This document shows positions 19,555 through 28,792 of a DNA stretch of 64,000 nt, piece by piece. The stretch spans positions 10,944-74,943 of the forward strand of contig LBRD01000005.1 of NCBI GenBank assembly GCA_000991245.1. The letters are read 5' to 3'. This DNA is from Parcubacteria group bacterium GW2011_GWC1_36_108 (GTDB lineage: Bacteria > Patescibacteriota > Minisyncoccia > Moranbacterales > GWC2-37-73). Every line of letters starts with the position of its first letter. Within the stretch, counting starts at the first letter, position 1. Both the position numbers and the translations under genes were made by a program. A model generated the notes under the pieces. The model searched no databases and had not been told where the DNA came from. It saw nothing but the letters and a program-made list of their open reading frames with translations.

Positions 19555-19809
19555 CTATGCTCCATGTTTCGTGTCTTTCGGAACTGGATCATATCCACCA
19601 TCATTCCAAGGATGACAACGCACAAATCTCTTTATTCCCAGCCACATTCCTTTCAAAATACCAAATCTTTCCACAGCCTGATATGTATAATGACTGCAGG
19701 ATGGATGAAAACGACAAATTCTACCTCCCCAAAACCAAGAAGGAATGCCGTGATCAAGCGAAAAAACCTTCTGATAAATCAATATTAAAAATAATATAAC
19801 TTTTTTCAT
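19555..19809 (-). CDS. yidD: membrane protein insertion efficiency factor YidD
   Basis: [24 protein letters not shown]. Confidence 0.95.
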   Translation of the reverse strand: MKKVILFLILIYQKVFSLDHGIPSWFWGGRICRFHPSCSHYTYQAVERFGILKGMWLGIKRFVRCHPWNDGGYDPVPKDTKHGA

Positions 19810-19869
19810 TTATTTGCAATACTACACCATAAAATGACTTTTGTCAATATTGTAAGCCATTCTAGAAAC

Positions 19870-19929
19870 TGGACAAAAATCTTATAATATCCTATGCTAT
19901 CAAAAAATGTTTTTATTGTTCTTTACACG
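19870..19929 (+). promoter_or_regulatory. sigma70 promoter plus boxA-like motif
   Basis: TGGACA (19870), 17 bp, TATGCT (19893); GTTCTTTACACG at 19918-19929. Confidence 0.65.
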
Positions 19930-19973
19930 GGTATTTATAATATAGTGCAACTCAAATTCAAAAGGAGATTATC

Positions 19974-20456
19974 ATGAAAAAAATTATTGGAGTAGGGCTA
20001 CTTCTTTTTACCTCTATTAAGGGTATTCCAAAAATGTACACTGTCGAAGAGTTAAAAGCAAAACCTTCTATATTTAAGGAGGTTGGGATGATAGGACCTC
20101 CCTTCGAAACTATGGAAGAAAAAGACGACGACAACATCGAAACAACAATAACCAGATTGATTCGAGAAGAAACGCCATTTTCTATTAGTGAAATTCGCCT
20201 TCATGAGATAATTTCCGAAGATTTTAACCTCATACCAAAAAGACCGGACATTTTCACTCGTTATGCGTATGCTTCACTAAAAAGTGATCCACCAAAAGAA
20301 ATCTTGGAGTTGCCAGATATTGACATTAGTTTTGCTGGTTGGCATCCACTTTGCGAAATGTATGACAAATTTACCAGAGTTGAAACGCTGCCTATTCTGA
20401 ATCATTTCAAAAGAAACTCACACTATGCAAAATTATGCCATCTCATTTTGTCATAA
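19974..20456 (+). CDS. hypothetical protein, possibly a degenerate Nudix fold
   Basis: SD AAAGGAG; GPPFETMEEKD..TITRLIREETPF loosely resembles a Nudix box. Confidence 0.65.
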   Translation: MKKIIGVGLLLFTSIKGIPKMYTVEELKAKPSIFKEVGMIGPPFETMEEKDDDNIETTITRLIREETPFSISEIRLHEIISEDFNLIPKRPDIFTRYAYASLKSDPPKEILELPDIDISFAGWHPLCEMYDKFTRVETLPILNHFKRNSHYAKLCHLILS

Positions 20457-20485
20457 GTTTTGTCACAACTAGCATAGTAAATCTC

Positions 20486-20517
20486 AAAAAAGCCCTCTTG
20501 ATTCCAAGAGGGTTTTT
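20486..20517. terminator. bidirectional terminator
   Basis: AAAAAAGCCCTCTTG-ATTC-CAAGAGGGTTTTT between convergent genes. Confidence 0.8.
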
Positions 20518-21323
20518 CATAATATAATCCTTGTGTGAGGAAAATTTTTACCCAACAATATTTTCTCGTAATTTTTCTCATTTAGACCATTGAATATCTC
20601 AACTGATTTTGATCCCTTACCGCAAAGTATGCTAATCTTTTTTATTTTACCCAAAAGACCACCTGTAGCATCAGCATTATGAGATTCTGATAATTTTATG
20701 TTTTTTTTGATATTTTTTAATGAGATATTTTCTACAAGTTCAGCATCGTTATGCAAATAGGGATCTTTAGTAAAAACACCTTCAATATCGGAAGCGAAAA
20801 ACATTTTTTTTATTTTTAATTTATCAGCCAAGTATGGAACAATGGCGTCGCCAGAACATATTGTCATCCCAAGTTTTTTATCAAAAACCATATCTCCATA
20901 CAAAATAGGAATACAATTTTTTTTCAATGATTCCTTGATTGTTAACATATTGAAATCAACAATTTTTTTATTATCATTAATAATAACTGAAGCTGTATGC
21001 ACCGAGGTAATAGGTAACCCCTCAGAAACAAAAATTTCAGTAATAGCATTGTTTAATCGTTGATTGGCATTGCGCGAAAGAAGTGCGCCTTCTATTTTTC
21101 GCTTATCGTTTCCAGTGCCATCCATAAGCGCATATTCTTTTGCCAAGGTATGACCAAAACCACCTGCCCCATGAACAAGCACTAGATCGAAGTCTTTTTC
21201 TTTTTTGGCAAAAATTATAGACTGAGCAACCTTTTTCATGAGAGAATGCCTAACAGAAAAACCTTTTTTGTTTTTGTGGGTTGCAACACTGCCACCAATT
21301 TTAAGTATATATATAGGTTTCAT
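20517..21323 (-). CDS. isopentenyl phosphate kinase-like protein (amino-acid kinase family)
   Basis: ILKIGGSVAT, LVHGAGGFGH, PILYGD, SGD, DATGG; start placed at MKPIYILK. Confidence 0.82.
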   Translation of the reverse strand: MKPIYILKIGGSVATHKNKKGFSVRHSLMKKVAQSIIFAKKEKDFDLVLVHGAGGFGHTLAKEYALMDGTGNDKRKIEGALLSRNANQRLNNAITEIFVSEGLPITSVHTASVIINDNKKIVDFNMLTIKESLKKNCIPILYGDMVFDKKLGMTICSGDAIVPYLADKLKIKKMFFASDIEGVFTKDPYLHNDAELVENISLKNIKKNIKLSESHNADATGGLLGKIKKISILCGKGSKSVEIFNGLNEKNYEKILLGKNFPHTRIIL

Positions 21324-21445
21324 AATTTTATGCGCAATCAAATGATATGATAATACTCATTTTCCCTCCTTTTGTCAATATTCAAAATATGGTTTATAAT
21401 TATATTGTTACGTGGTAAACTATTGAAAAATAAAAAGAAAAAATA

Positions 21446-22354
21446 ATGAAAACTGTTGAATTTAAAAATATCACTTGGATTGACTTTGTTGATCCGGGAG
21501 CAGACGATGTTGTGTATCTGCAGGAAAATTTCGATATCCACCCGCTGGCGATTGAAGAGTTTGTCACTCCGACATATCGTCCGAAAGCTACGCAATATGA
21601 AAATTGCATTTTTCTTACAATTCACATTCCCCTTTTTAATGTTGAAACACGAACAACTTATCCAGGAGAATTAGACATTGTTCTTACTAAAGATCATTTG
21701 ATAACTGGGCAGACAAAAGAAATTTATCAACTAGATGATTTTTTCACAAAATTAGCCAACAACGAAGGGCAACGTCGTTTGTATATGAACAAAACTCCCG
21801 CTCATCTTTTGTATAGTATTCTTGAAATGCTTTTGGAATCATGCTTTCCACGCATTGATCATATCCACAGAAAATTGGAACATATTGAAGAGCAGGTTTT
21901 CAATGGGAAAGAAAAGGAAATGGTTTTCGAAATATCCGTCGTAAAACGTGATATTCTTAATTTTCGCCGAACACTCAAACCTCAACGTCATATCATTGAA
22001 TCACTGGCGCAAATGAAATCCCCTTTGATTGCTGCGGAGCTTTCAGCATATTTTCAAGATCTTACAGGTACAAACATCCGTCTTTGGAATGCGCTGGAAT
22101 CAAACAAGGAAACGATTGAGTCTATGGAGGAAACTAATAATTCTCTGCTTTCCAACAAATTGGATTTCACCATGAAAGTGCTTACCGTTTTTTCAGCAGT
22201 TATGATGCCAATGACAGTATATTCAAATATTCTTGCTATGAGCGCTGATATCCCTTTTGGCAAAAGTCCGCATGCATTTGCTATTCATGTCTCTATAATG
22301 CTTTTCATCTCACTTTGCACTATAATCGTATTCAAAAGCAGAAAATGGCTATAG
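21446..22354 (+). CDS. corA: CorA-family Mg2+/Co2+ transporter (signature AMS instead of GMN)
   Basis: WIDF, FDIHPLAIEE, RPK, MKVLTVFS and two C-terminal TM helices. Confidence 0.88.
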   Translation: MKTVEFKNITWIDFVDPGADDVVYLQENFDIHPLAIEEFVTPTYRPKATQYENCIFLTIHIPLFNVETRTTYPGELDIVLTKDHLITGQTKEIYQLDDFFTKLANNEGQRRLYMNKTPAHLLYSILEMLLESCFPRIDHIHRKLEHIEEQVFNGKEKEMVFEISVVKRDILNFRRTLKPQRHIIESLAQMKSPLIAAELSAYFQDLTGTNIRLWNALESNKETIESMEETNNSLLSNKLDFTMKVLTVFSAVMMPMTVYSNILAMSADIPFGKSPHAFAIHVSIMLFISLCTIIVFKSRKWL

Positions 22355-22359
22355 GGGGC

Positions 22360-22392
22360 AGCTTATTAGGCTTTAGCTTATTAGCTTTTTAG
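22360..22392. repeat. family C heptamer IR, left arm
   Basis: AGCTTATTAGGCTTTAGCTTATTAGCTTTTTAG. Confidence 0.85.
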
Positions 22393-22437
22393 AAAATGCG
22401 AAAATGCATTCGTTAGCTTATTAAGAAATACAACAGC

Positions 22438-22794
22438 ATGATAAATTCATATAAAGATCTCATTGTTTGGCAGAGATCAATGGAGCTTGTTGTTGAAATT
22501 TATAAAGTTACTGAAGAATTTCCAATAGCGGAGTTGTATGGTATCATATCCCAAATGCGCAGAGCTGCGGTCTCGATTCCTAGCAATATAGCAGAAGGAA
22601 GAAAAAGAAGTACGAGAAAAGATTTCAGACAATTTTTAATTATAGCGTACGCCAGCGCTTCTGAATTGGAAACGCAAATTGAAATATCAAAACGCTTAAA
22701 TTTCATTGAAGTTGACAAATATACAAAAACTGATGCACTATTACTTGAGACAATAAAAATGCTAAACAAAATGATTTCCTCCCTAAAAAGCTAA
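22438..22794 (+). CDS. four-helix-bundle protein (23S rRNA IVS protein / Avd-like)
   Basis: SYKDLIVWQRSMELV, ELYGIISQMRRAAVSIPSNIAEG, ASASELETQ. Confidence 0.95.
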   Translation: MINSYKDLIVWQRSMELVVEIYKVTEEFPIAELYGIISQMRRAAVSIPSNIAEGRKRSTRKDFRQFLIIAYASASELETQIEISKRLNFIEVDKYTKTDALLLETIKMLNKMISSLKS

Positions 22795-22807
22795 CGCCTA
22801 ATAAGCT
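22783..22807. repeat. family C heptamer IR, right arm (contains the stop codon)
   Basis: CTAAAAAGCTAACGCCTAATAAGCT, complementary to 22360-22392. Confidence 0.85.
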
Positions 22808-22814
22808 AAAAAAT

Positions 22815-24245
22815 ATGTTAAGTCTATACAATACACTATCTAAAACCAAGCAGGAATTCAAGTCATTAAATCCCGGTAAAGTCGGGATGTATACTTGTGG
22901 ACCAACTGTATACAGTTATTTACACATTGGAAATATTCGAGCATATCTATTGTCAGACACCGTGCGAAGATATTTAGAATATATCGGATATGAAGTACGC
23001 CTGATTAAAAATATCACCGATGTTGGACATCTGACCGATGATGACGTTGCTCAAGGAGATTCAGGAGAAGACAAGATGGTTAAAGCTGCCGAGCGTGAGA
23101 AAAAAACTCCCGAAGAAATTGCCAGATTTTATGAAGAATATTTCAAACAAACCGAGAAGGAATTAAACATTATTCCTGCGCATTTTTTTCCACGCGCCAC
23201 TGCGCATGTTCCGCAAATGATTAAGATCATTGAAGGTCTCATTGAAAAAGGATACGCCTATGAAAAAAATGGTAACGTTTTTTTTGATGTCACAAAATTT
23301 GAGGATTACGGAAAACTTTCTGGCAACACCTTGGAAAATTTAAAAATAGGAGCAAGAATAGAAGAACATCCTGACAAAAAAAATGCTTGGGATTTTGCAC
23401 TTTGGATCAAAGCTCCAAAAGAGCATGCGATGAAATGGGAATCTCCTTGGTCAGTTGGATATCCTGGTTGGCATATTGAATGCTCCGCTATGAGCACAGA
23501 ATACCTTGGCAATACAATTGATATTCATACTGGCGGCGAAGATAACATTTTTCCTCATCAAGAAGCTGAAATTGCGCAAACAGAATGTTACACTGGTCAA
23601 AAATTTGTAAATTTTTGGGTTCATACTCGTCACCTACTAATAGATGGCAAAAAAATGAGCAAATCAAAAGGCAATTTGTTCACGCTTGAAGACATCAAAG
23701 AAAAAGGATTTTCTGCAATGGATCTGCGTTTACTGTTTCTCTCTTCTCATTATCGCAGTCAAACAAATTTCTCCTGGGAAGCTCTTGAGCAAGCACATAA
23801 AAATATTCAGAGAATTAATGATTTTGTATTAAATATTGAAGCAATCGCCTCAAGGGATTTAGTCTCACCAAAAACAATCGACACAAAAGCTGTTGTAGAA
23901 AAATTTGAAGCTGCGATGGATGATGATCTCAACACCCCCCTAGCATTAAGTATTTTTTATGGATTTATTTCTGATTGCAACAAACTTCTTGCAATAAACC
24001 ACATAGACAGCAAAAGTGCGCATAGCATTTTAACACTTTGGAAAAAAATAAATTCTGTTTTTGGATTTATACTTTCCGGTCAAGCAGAGATTCCAGAAGA
24101 AATTAAACTCTTAGTCAAGCAGCGCGAAGAGGCTAGAAACGGAAAAGATTTCAAAAAATCGGACGACCTTCGCGCCCTCATCGAAAAACATGGTTTTATT
24201 TTGGAAGATACTAAGGATGGGCAAAAAATTAGACTAGCTAGCTAG
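22815..24245 (+). CDS. cysS: cysteine--tRNA ligase
   Basis: CGPTVY, HIGN, PGWHIECSAM, KMSKS. Confidence 0.98.
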   Translation: MLSLYNTLSKTKQEFKSLNPGKVGMYTCGPTVYSYLHIGNIRAYLLSDTVRRYLEYIGYEVRLIKNITDVGHLTDDDVAQGDSGEDKMVKAAEREKKTPEEIARFYEEYFKQTEKELNIIPAHFFPRATAHVPQMIKIIEGLIEKGYAYEKNGNVFFDVTKFEDYGKLSGNTLENLKIGARIEEHPDKKNAWDFALWIKAPKEHAMKWESPWSVGYPGWHIECSAMSTEYLGNTIDIHTGGEDNIFPHQEAEIAQTECYTGQKFVNFWVHTRHLLIDGKKMSKSKGNLFTLEDIKEKGFSAMDLRLLFLSSHYRSQTNFSWEALEQAHKNIQRINDFVLNIEAIASRDLVSPKTIDTKAVVEKFEAAMDDDLNTPLALSIFYGFISDCNKLLAINHIDSKSAHSILTLWKKINSVFGFILSGQAEIPEEIKLLVKQREEARNGKDFKKSDDLRALIEKHGFILEDTKDGQKIRLAS

Positions 24246-24309
24246 GTACTAGGTTTTAGGTTCTAGGTTTTAGATATTGGGTTCTAGGTTCTGGGTTTTA
24301 GGTGTTAGG
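24243..24309. repeat. heptamer repeat (TAGGTTY)n
   Basis: TAGGTAC TAGGTTT TAGGTTC TAGGTTT TAGATAT TGGGTTC TAGGTTC TGGGTTT TAGGTGT. Confidence 0.8.
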
Positions 24310-24332
24310 AAATGCAAGATACTATTTTAGAC

Positions 24333-24378
24333 AAAAAGAAAGGCGGGGGTTGCAGTTTATGCATCCCTCGCCTTTTTT
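24333..24378. terminator. bidirectional terminator
   Basis: AAAGGCGGGG-TTGCA..TGCAT-CCCTCGCCTTTTTT. Confidence 0.75.
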
Positions 24379-24399
24379 ATTTTCCAATATCCAAAACAT

Positions 24400-24594
24400 T
24401 TATTCAAGATCATAAAAATCAGACTCGACACCAGCACCAGCGACGCTCAAAGATTGTTCAAAATTTGCAATACATTTTTGCAATTTCTTATTTTCCGTAT
24501 TCAGGAGGGTGTTTTTATCTTTCGAATCAGTTATTTCCTCATCCTTCTGATTTTCTACCTGATTAAGTTTAAAATCTCCAGCTTCTCTGGTCAT
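24400..24594 (-). CDS. small orphan protein (64 aa)
   Basis: ATG 24594 with SD AAGGGAAGGT; promoter TTGACG (24683), 17 bp, TATAAA (24660); boxA-like GTTCGTTGTCAA (24642-24631). Confidence 0.55.
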   Translation of the reverse strand: MTREAGDFKLNQVENQKDEEITDSKDKNTLLNTENKKLQKCIANFEQSLSVAGAGVESDFYDLE

Positions 24595-24759
24595 AATATT
24601 ACCTTCCCTTTCCGGCATTTGCCGTTTAATTTGACAACGAACTACTAATATAGATTTATACTATTTTTTTGCGATTACGTCAAACTGTGCGCAAATCGTG
24701 CACAAATATCCATCTGGGCTGGGTTGATTTTACCAACATACTTGCTATAATAAAAAAAC

Positions 24760-24849
24760 AGCTTATCAGCTTCTTAGGCATTAGCTTTTTAGAAACCTGA
24801 TAAGATATCTTTTTTCTAAAAAGCTAAGAAGCTAAAAGCCTAACGCCTA
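24760..24849. repeat. family C hairpin without an ORF, in the dnaB leader
   Basis: AGCTTATCAGCTTCTTAGGCATTAGCTTTTTAG..CTAAAAAGCTAAGAAGCTAAAAGCCTAACGCCTA. Confidence 0.85.
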
Positions 24850-24855
24850 CCCCTT

Positions 24856-26250
24856 ATGGCTAAAGAATGGAAAGACTACAAACCAAAGCAGGCTCCGGCG
24901 CAAAATTATGATCCGCTGCGCACGCCACCACATAACAATGAGGCTGAAATGTCTATTTTGGGTTCTTTGATGTTGGAAAAAGATGCAGTTATCAAAATTG
25001 CTGATCTTTTAAAAGTTGGTGATTTTTATAAAGACATTCACAATCAGATTTATGAAGCAATGCTGGAACTTTATGAGCAGAGAGAACCTTTGGATGTTTT
25101 GAGTATTTCCAACAAGCTGGATGAAAAAAAACAATTGGAACAAATTGGCGGTTCAAGTTATTTGGCTTCCTTAGTTGGAACAGTTCCATCAGCATCCCAC
25201 ATTGTACATTATGCTAAAGTTGTTCAGAAAAAAGCATTGTTGCGCAGACTTATCAATGCTGCCAGTGAAATTATTGAAGCTGGATTCCGCGAAGGTGATG
25301 ACGTAGAAAAAATTCTCGATGAAGCTGAACAAAAACTTTTTGCTGTTTCTCAAAAATATATAAAGCAGGATTTCTTGCCAATCAAATCAATTTTGGAAGC
25401 TGCCTTTAATCGTATTGATGAGCTTCATCGCGATGGCAACAAGTTCCGCGGAATTCCAACCGGCTTTGCTGATCTTGATAATGTTCTGGCTGGCCTGCAA
25501 AAATCTGATCTTTTGATTCTTGCTGCCCGACCTTCAGTTGGAAAAACATCACTAGCACTCGACATCGCACGTCACGTGGCGGTCAGAGAAAATGCAGCAG
25601 TAGCGATGTTCTCTTTGGAAATGTCAGCCGATCAACTTGTGGATCGTATGCTTGCCGCTGAAGCCAATGTTGATTTGTGGCGACTTCGAACTGGGAGACT
25701 CAACAGTGAAGGCGAGAACAATGACTTTCAACGAATTGGCGAAGCAATGGGTATTCTTTCTGAAGCAAAATTATTCATCGATGATACTGCCAGCGCCAAC
25801 ATTATGGAAATGCGCACAATGGCACGTCGTCTTCAAGCTGATAACAACCTCGGACTTATTATTATCGATTACTTGCAATTGATGGAAGGACGCGGCGGAG
25901 ACAATCGCGTGCAGGAAATTTCTGAAATTTCTCGCGGACTAAAAAATTTGGCTCGTGAACTTAACATTCCAATCATCGCACTTTCGCAGTTATCCCGCGC
26001 CGTTGAAGCTCGCTCTCCACAAATTCCAAAACTTTCTGATCTTCGAGAGTCTGGTTCGATTGAGCAGGATGCTGATGTGGTTCTTTTCCTATACCGCGAA
26101 GATCGCGAAAAACCAGACACCCCAAACAAAGGTATTGTTAAAATCATCATCGCCAAGCATCGTAATGGTCCAGTCGGCGAAGTCAGCGCATTCTTCCAAG
26201 AAAACAGCGCGAGTTTTAGGTCACTCGAGAAAATACACCAACAAAATTAA
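24856..26250 (+). CDS. dnaB: replicative DNA helicase DnaB
   Basis: AARPSVGKT, FSLEM, IDYLQL, SQLSR, DLRESGSIEQDAD; no intein. Confidence 0.98.
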   Translation: MAKEWKDYKPKQAPAQNYDPLRTPPHNNEAEMSILGSLMLEKDAVIKIADLLKVGDFYKDIHNQIYEAMLELYEQREPLDVLSISNKLDEKKQLEQIGGSSYLASLVGTVPSASHIVHYAKVVQKKALLRRLINAASEIIEAGFREGDDVEKILDEAEQKLFAVSQKYIKQDFLPIKSILEAAFNRIDELHRDGNKFRGIPTGFADLDNVLAGLQKSDLLILAARPSVGKTSLALDIARHVAVRENAAVAMFSLEMSADQLVDRMLAAEANVDLWRLRTGRLNSEGENNDFQRIGEAMGILSEAKLFIDDTASANIMEMRTMARRLQADNNLGLIIIDYLQLMEGRGGDNRVQEISEISRGLKNLARELNIPIIALSQLSRAVEARSPQIPKLSDLRESGSIEQDADVVLFLYREDREKPDTPNKGIVKIIIAKHRNGPVGEVSAFFQENSASFRSLEKIHQQN

Positions 26251-26377
26251 ATCCGAAATACGAAGCACGAAACTCGAAACAATATCAAAACTCTAATAAC
26301 AAAAATTCGAAACATTTTGAAAATTTGAATTTATTATTTAAAATTGATTTAAAATTTATAATTTAAAATTTAAAATT
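26251..26377. repeat. heptamer-repeat spacer (CGAAA / TTTAAAA type)
   Basis: ATCCGAA ATACGAA GCACGAA ACTCGAA ... TTTAAAA TTTATAA TTTAAAA TTTAAAA. Confidence 0.7.
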
Positions 26378-26384
26378 AAACCTC

Positions 26385-26972
26385 GTGTATCCCAAAGCAT
26401 TTCAAAAATTAATCAAGAATCTTGCTTCCCTTCCTTCGGTTGGTCCTAAAATGGCCGAGCGGTTAGTGCTTTTTCTTTTCAAGCAGGATATTGAAAAAAT
26501 TCGCGATTTTGCAGAAAATCTCTTGGAAATCAAGAATATGAAAATTTGCAAAAGGTGTTTCAACATTGCTGAAGCAGAACTTTGCGAATATTGCAAAGAT
26601 GAAAGACGCGACCAACATTCAATTTGCGTTGTTGAAGAACCACTCGACATCATTTCACTTGAACGCACCAAGGCATACACCGGACTATATCACGTTCTTG
26701 GCGGTGTCATTCAAGTTGGAGATTCTGGTGCAGAACTCAAAATTCCCGAACTTATCTCTCGCATTGAAAATGAAAAAATTACCGAGGTTATTCTGGCCAC
26801 CAATCCAACAACTGAAGGCGATGCGACCGCACTTTATCTCAAACGCAAAATTCAACCACTTGGAATAAAAATCACCCGTCTTGGACGCGGTCTTTCAACC
26901 GGAGCGGATTTGGAATATGCCGACGAACTCACTCTTTCAGAAGCATTGACAAATCGCAAGGAATTGCTATAA
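26385..26972 (+). CDS. recR: recombination mediator RecR
   Basis: LPSVGPKMAERL, C4 zinc finger, TOPRIM ICVVE, ATNPTTEGDATA. Confidence 0.97.
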   Translation: MYPKAFQKLIKNLASLPSVGPKMAERLVLFLFKQDIEKIRDFAENLLEIKNMKICKRCFNIAEAELCEYCKDERRDQHSICVVEEPLDIISLERTKAYTGLYHVLGGVIQVGDSGAELKIPELISRIENEKITEVILATNPTTEGDATALYLKRKIQPLGIKITRLGRGLSTGADLEYADELTLSEALTNRKELL

Positions 26973-27003
26973 TATCAAGTCAATTGATGCAGCACATTAA
27001 AAA
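26946..27003 (+). promoter_or_regulatory. consensus sigma70 promoter in the recR 3' end plus boxA-like motif
   Basis: TTGACA (26946), 16 bp, TATAAT (26968) with TGn extension; GCACATTAAAAA at 26992-27003. Confidence 0.75.
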
Positions 27004-27025
27004 AATATACGGAGGATAACGCGCC

Positions 27026-27331
27026 ATGCTCACAACAGTTCTGATTTCCAGTGGAATTTCGGTTATAGATCCAATGACTTTTGATAGTCTTGACTCTATA
27101 AAGAAATTTGTCACAGACAAATTAAGAGAAATTTTTTACAACAACTTTCCATTTGGGGACATTTTTGATCCAGAAAAAATCATTGTAGAAATTCCTAGCA
27201 ACATCGGGAACACCGTCTGTTTTCATTTTTGCCAAAGTATGGTTAAAAAAAATGACGGCCCACCCTTTATGATTGCGGATGTGACAGTTCACGGAGAAGA
27301 GCACATTGGCTGGATAAAATACATTGATTGA
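27026..27331 (+). CDS. hypothetical protein (orphan)
   Basis: 101-aa ORF with SD GGAGG. Confidence 0.65.
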   Translation: MLTTVLISSGISVIDPMTFDSLDSIKKFVTDKLREIFYNNFPFGDIFDPEKIIVEIPSNIGNTVCFHFCQSMVKKNDGPPFMIADVTVHGEEHIGWIKYID

Positions 27332-27364
27332 GTTTCTTACTAAAACAAAACTAAGGAGGACCGT

Positions 27365-27838
27365 ATGGCTAAAATTAAGCTTGATCGCAAGGATATCAAA
27401 AAATTACTACCACACCGCTTTTGGATGCTGTTTATTTCGAGTGCTATTTACGAGGAAGGTTCCAAAGAAATTATTGCATACAAAAAAATATCCTGGTGGC
27501 GCGACTTTCCTTTTCTGTTTGGACATTTTTTTACTGAAGTGTTTTATCCAGGAGTTTGTCAATATGAATGCTTTAACCAAGCAGCTGCTCTCTTGGTCAA
27601 GCTCATGAATCCGACATCAGTCAATGGCCTACCAAAGGTTGTCGGCTACGAAGGAATCAAGCATCTTACTCCGGTAAAAGCGGGAGATTATCTTGAAATT
27701 CATGTGCAACTAGATAAGGCTAAGATGGGTGTGTACTTTTTTTCTGGAGAAATATCAAAAAGGGATGCCCGTGGATTGTTGCGTGCAGTAGAAATAAAGA
27801 AGATGCAGGGAGTAGCTGATGCTCCAAAATCAAAATAA
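27365..27838 (+). CDS. FabZ/FabA-like hotdog dehydratase
   Basis: IKKLLPHRF, GHF..YPGV..E, PVKAGD; SD AAGGAGG. Confidence 0.82.
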   Translation: MAKIKLDRKDIKKLLPHRFWMLFISSAIYEEGSKEIIAYKKISWWRDFPFLFGHFFTEVFYPGVCQYECFNQAAALLVKLMNPTSVNGLPKVVGYEGIKHLTPVKAGDYLEIHVQLDKAKMGVYFFSGEISKRDARGLLRAVEIKKMQGVADAPKSK

Positions 27839-27854
27839 CCAAAGGAGATTTGCC

Positions 27855-28310
27855 ATGCAAGAATCAATAACAATCCTCATTGGAAATCCTGCGAATGCGC
27901 TATACAAAATTGCCGCAAGTCGAGCTTCTGCAAAAACTCCTGGCGATAAAATTCTTTATCCTCATTTTGAAATACTAGCAGATAAGGAAATAGTACACGC
28001 AGGCGACATTGACCGCGTTACCGTAGTTTCCACTGGATTATCCGATGAAGAAGAATTACTGATAATGAAAGGTTTGGCAAAATATTGTGGAACAACAGGA
28101 GCCTCTGCCAGAAAATACCTTTCAGAAAAAGGCTCCGTAGCCATGAATGCAGAGAAAAGCATTAATGCAGTTGAAAGAGCAATGGGTCTTCCCGAAACCA
28201 CTTCCGAACAAAGAAAAGAGGAATGGAAAAAACTCATGGCTGCCAATGGCGACGCGATACTTTCAGCCTGCAAAGAAGGACCAAGACCGGGAGATCTTGG
28301 TTGCGACTAA
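27855..28310 (+). CDS. hypothetical protein (orphan)
   Basis: ATG 27855 with SD AAAGGAG. Confidence 0.7.
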   Translation: MQESITILIGNPANALYKIAASRASAKTPGDKILYPHFEILADKEIVHAGDIDRVTVVSTGLSDEEELLIMKGLAKYCGTTGASARKYLSEKGSVAMNAEKSINAVERAMGLPETTSEQRKEEWKKLMAANGDAILSACKEGPRPGDLGCD

Positions 28311-28329
28311 TATCTCCATAAAATACTAC

Positions 28330-28362
28330 AAAAAAAGCCCCACGGACTCCGCGGGGCTTTTT
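28330..28362. terminator. bidirectional terminator
   Basis: AAAAAAAGCCCCACGG-ACT-CCGCGGGGCTTTTT. Confidence 0.85.
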
Positions 28363-28425
28363 CATATTCAAAGTGTATTTTGTTGTAGATTGAAAGTTGT
28401 TTGTTGTTTGTTGTATGTTACATGA

Positions 28426-28734
28426 TTACGCGATTTTCGTAATTTCCACTTCAGTAAAAAGTTGCTTGTGACCAAATTTAACTTTGTATCTTTTCTTTGG
28501 TTTGTGCTTGATACCCCAAACTTTCTTGTGACGTCCTTGCTCTACCAAAGTTCCTTCAACTTTTGCACCTTCAATGAAAGGAGTTCCGATTTTTGCATCT
28601 TTTTCATCTCCAATAAAAAGCACTTCGTCAAAAGTAATAACTGCGCCAGCTTCTCCTTCAAGCTTTTCAATCTTGATCTTGTCCCCAACAGCTACTTTGT
28701 ATTGCTTTCCGCCTGTTTTGATAATTGCTAACAT
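28426..28734 (-). CDS. rplU: 50S ribosomal protein L21
   Basis: AIIKTGGKQYKV, GHKQLFT. Confidence 0.98.
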   Translation of the reverse strand: MLAIIKTGGKQYKVAVGDKIKIEKLEGEAGAVITFDEVLFIGDEKDAKIGTPFIEGAKVEGTLVEQGRHKKVWGIKHKPKKRYKVKFGHKQLFTEVEITKIA

Positions 28735-28792
28735 TTTTTTATGTATAATTTAAGCCATTTAGTTACTAAATCAGTATAACCGAAAATCAAAA

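Noticed and set aside
14320-22794. Avd-like proteins as evidence of a diversity-generating retroelement
   Set aside because: There is no reverse transcriptase and no TR/VR pair with adenine-specific mismatches in the window.
24856-26250. Intein or intron in dnaB
   Set aside because: Length (464 aa) and motif spacing are normal.
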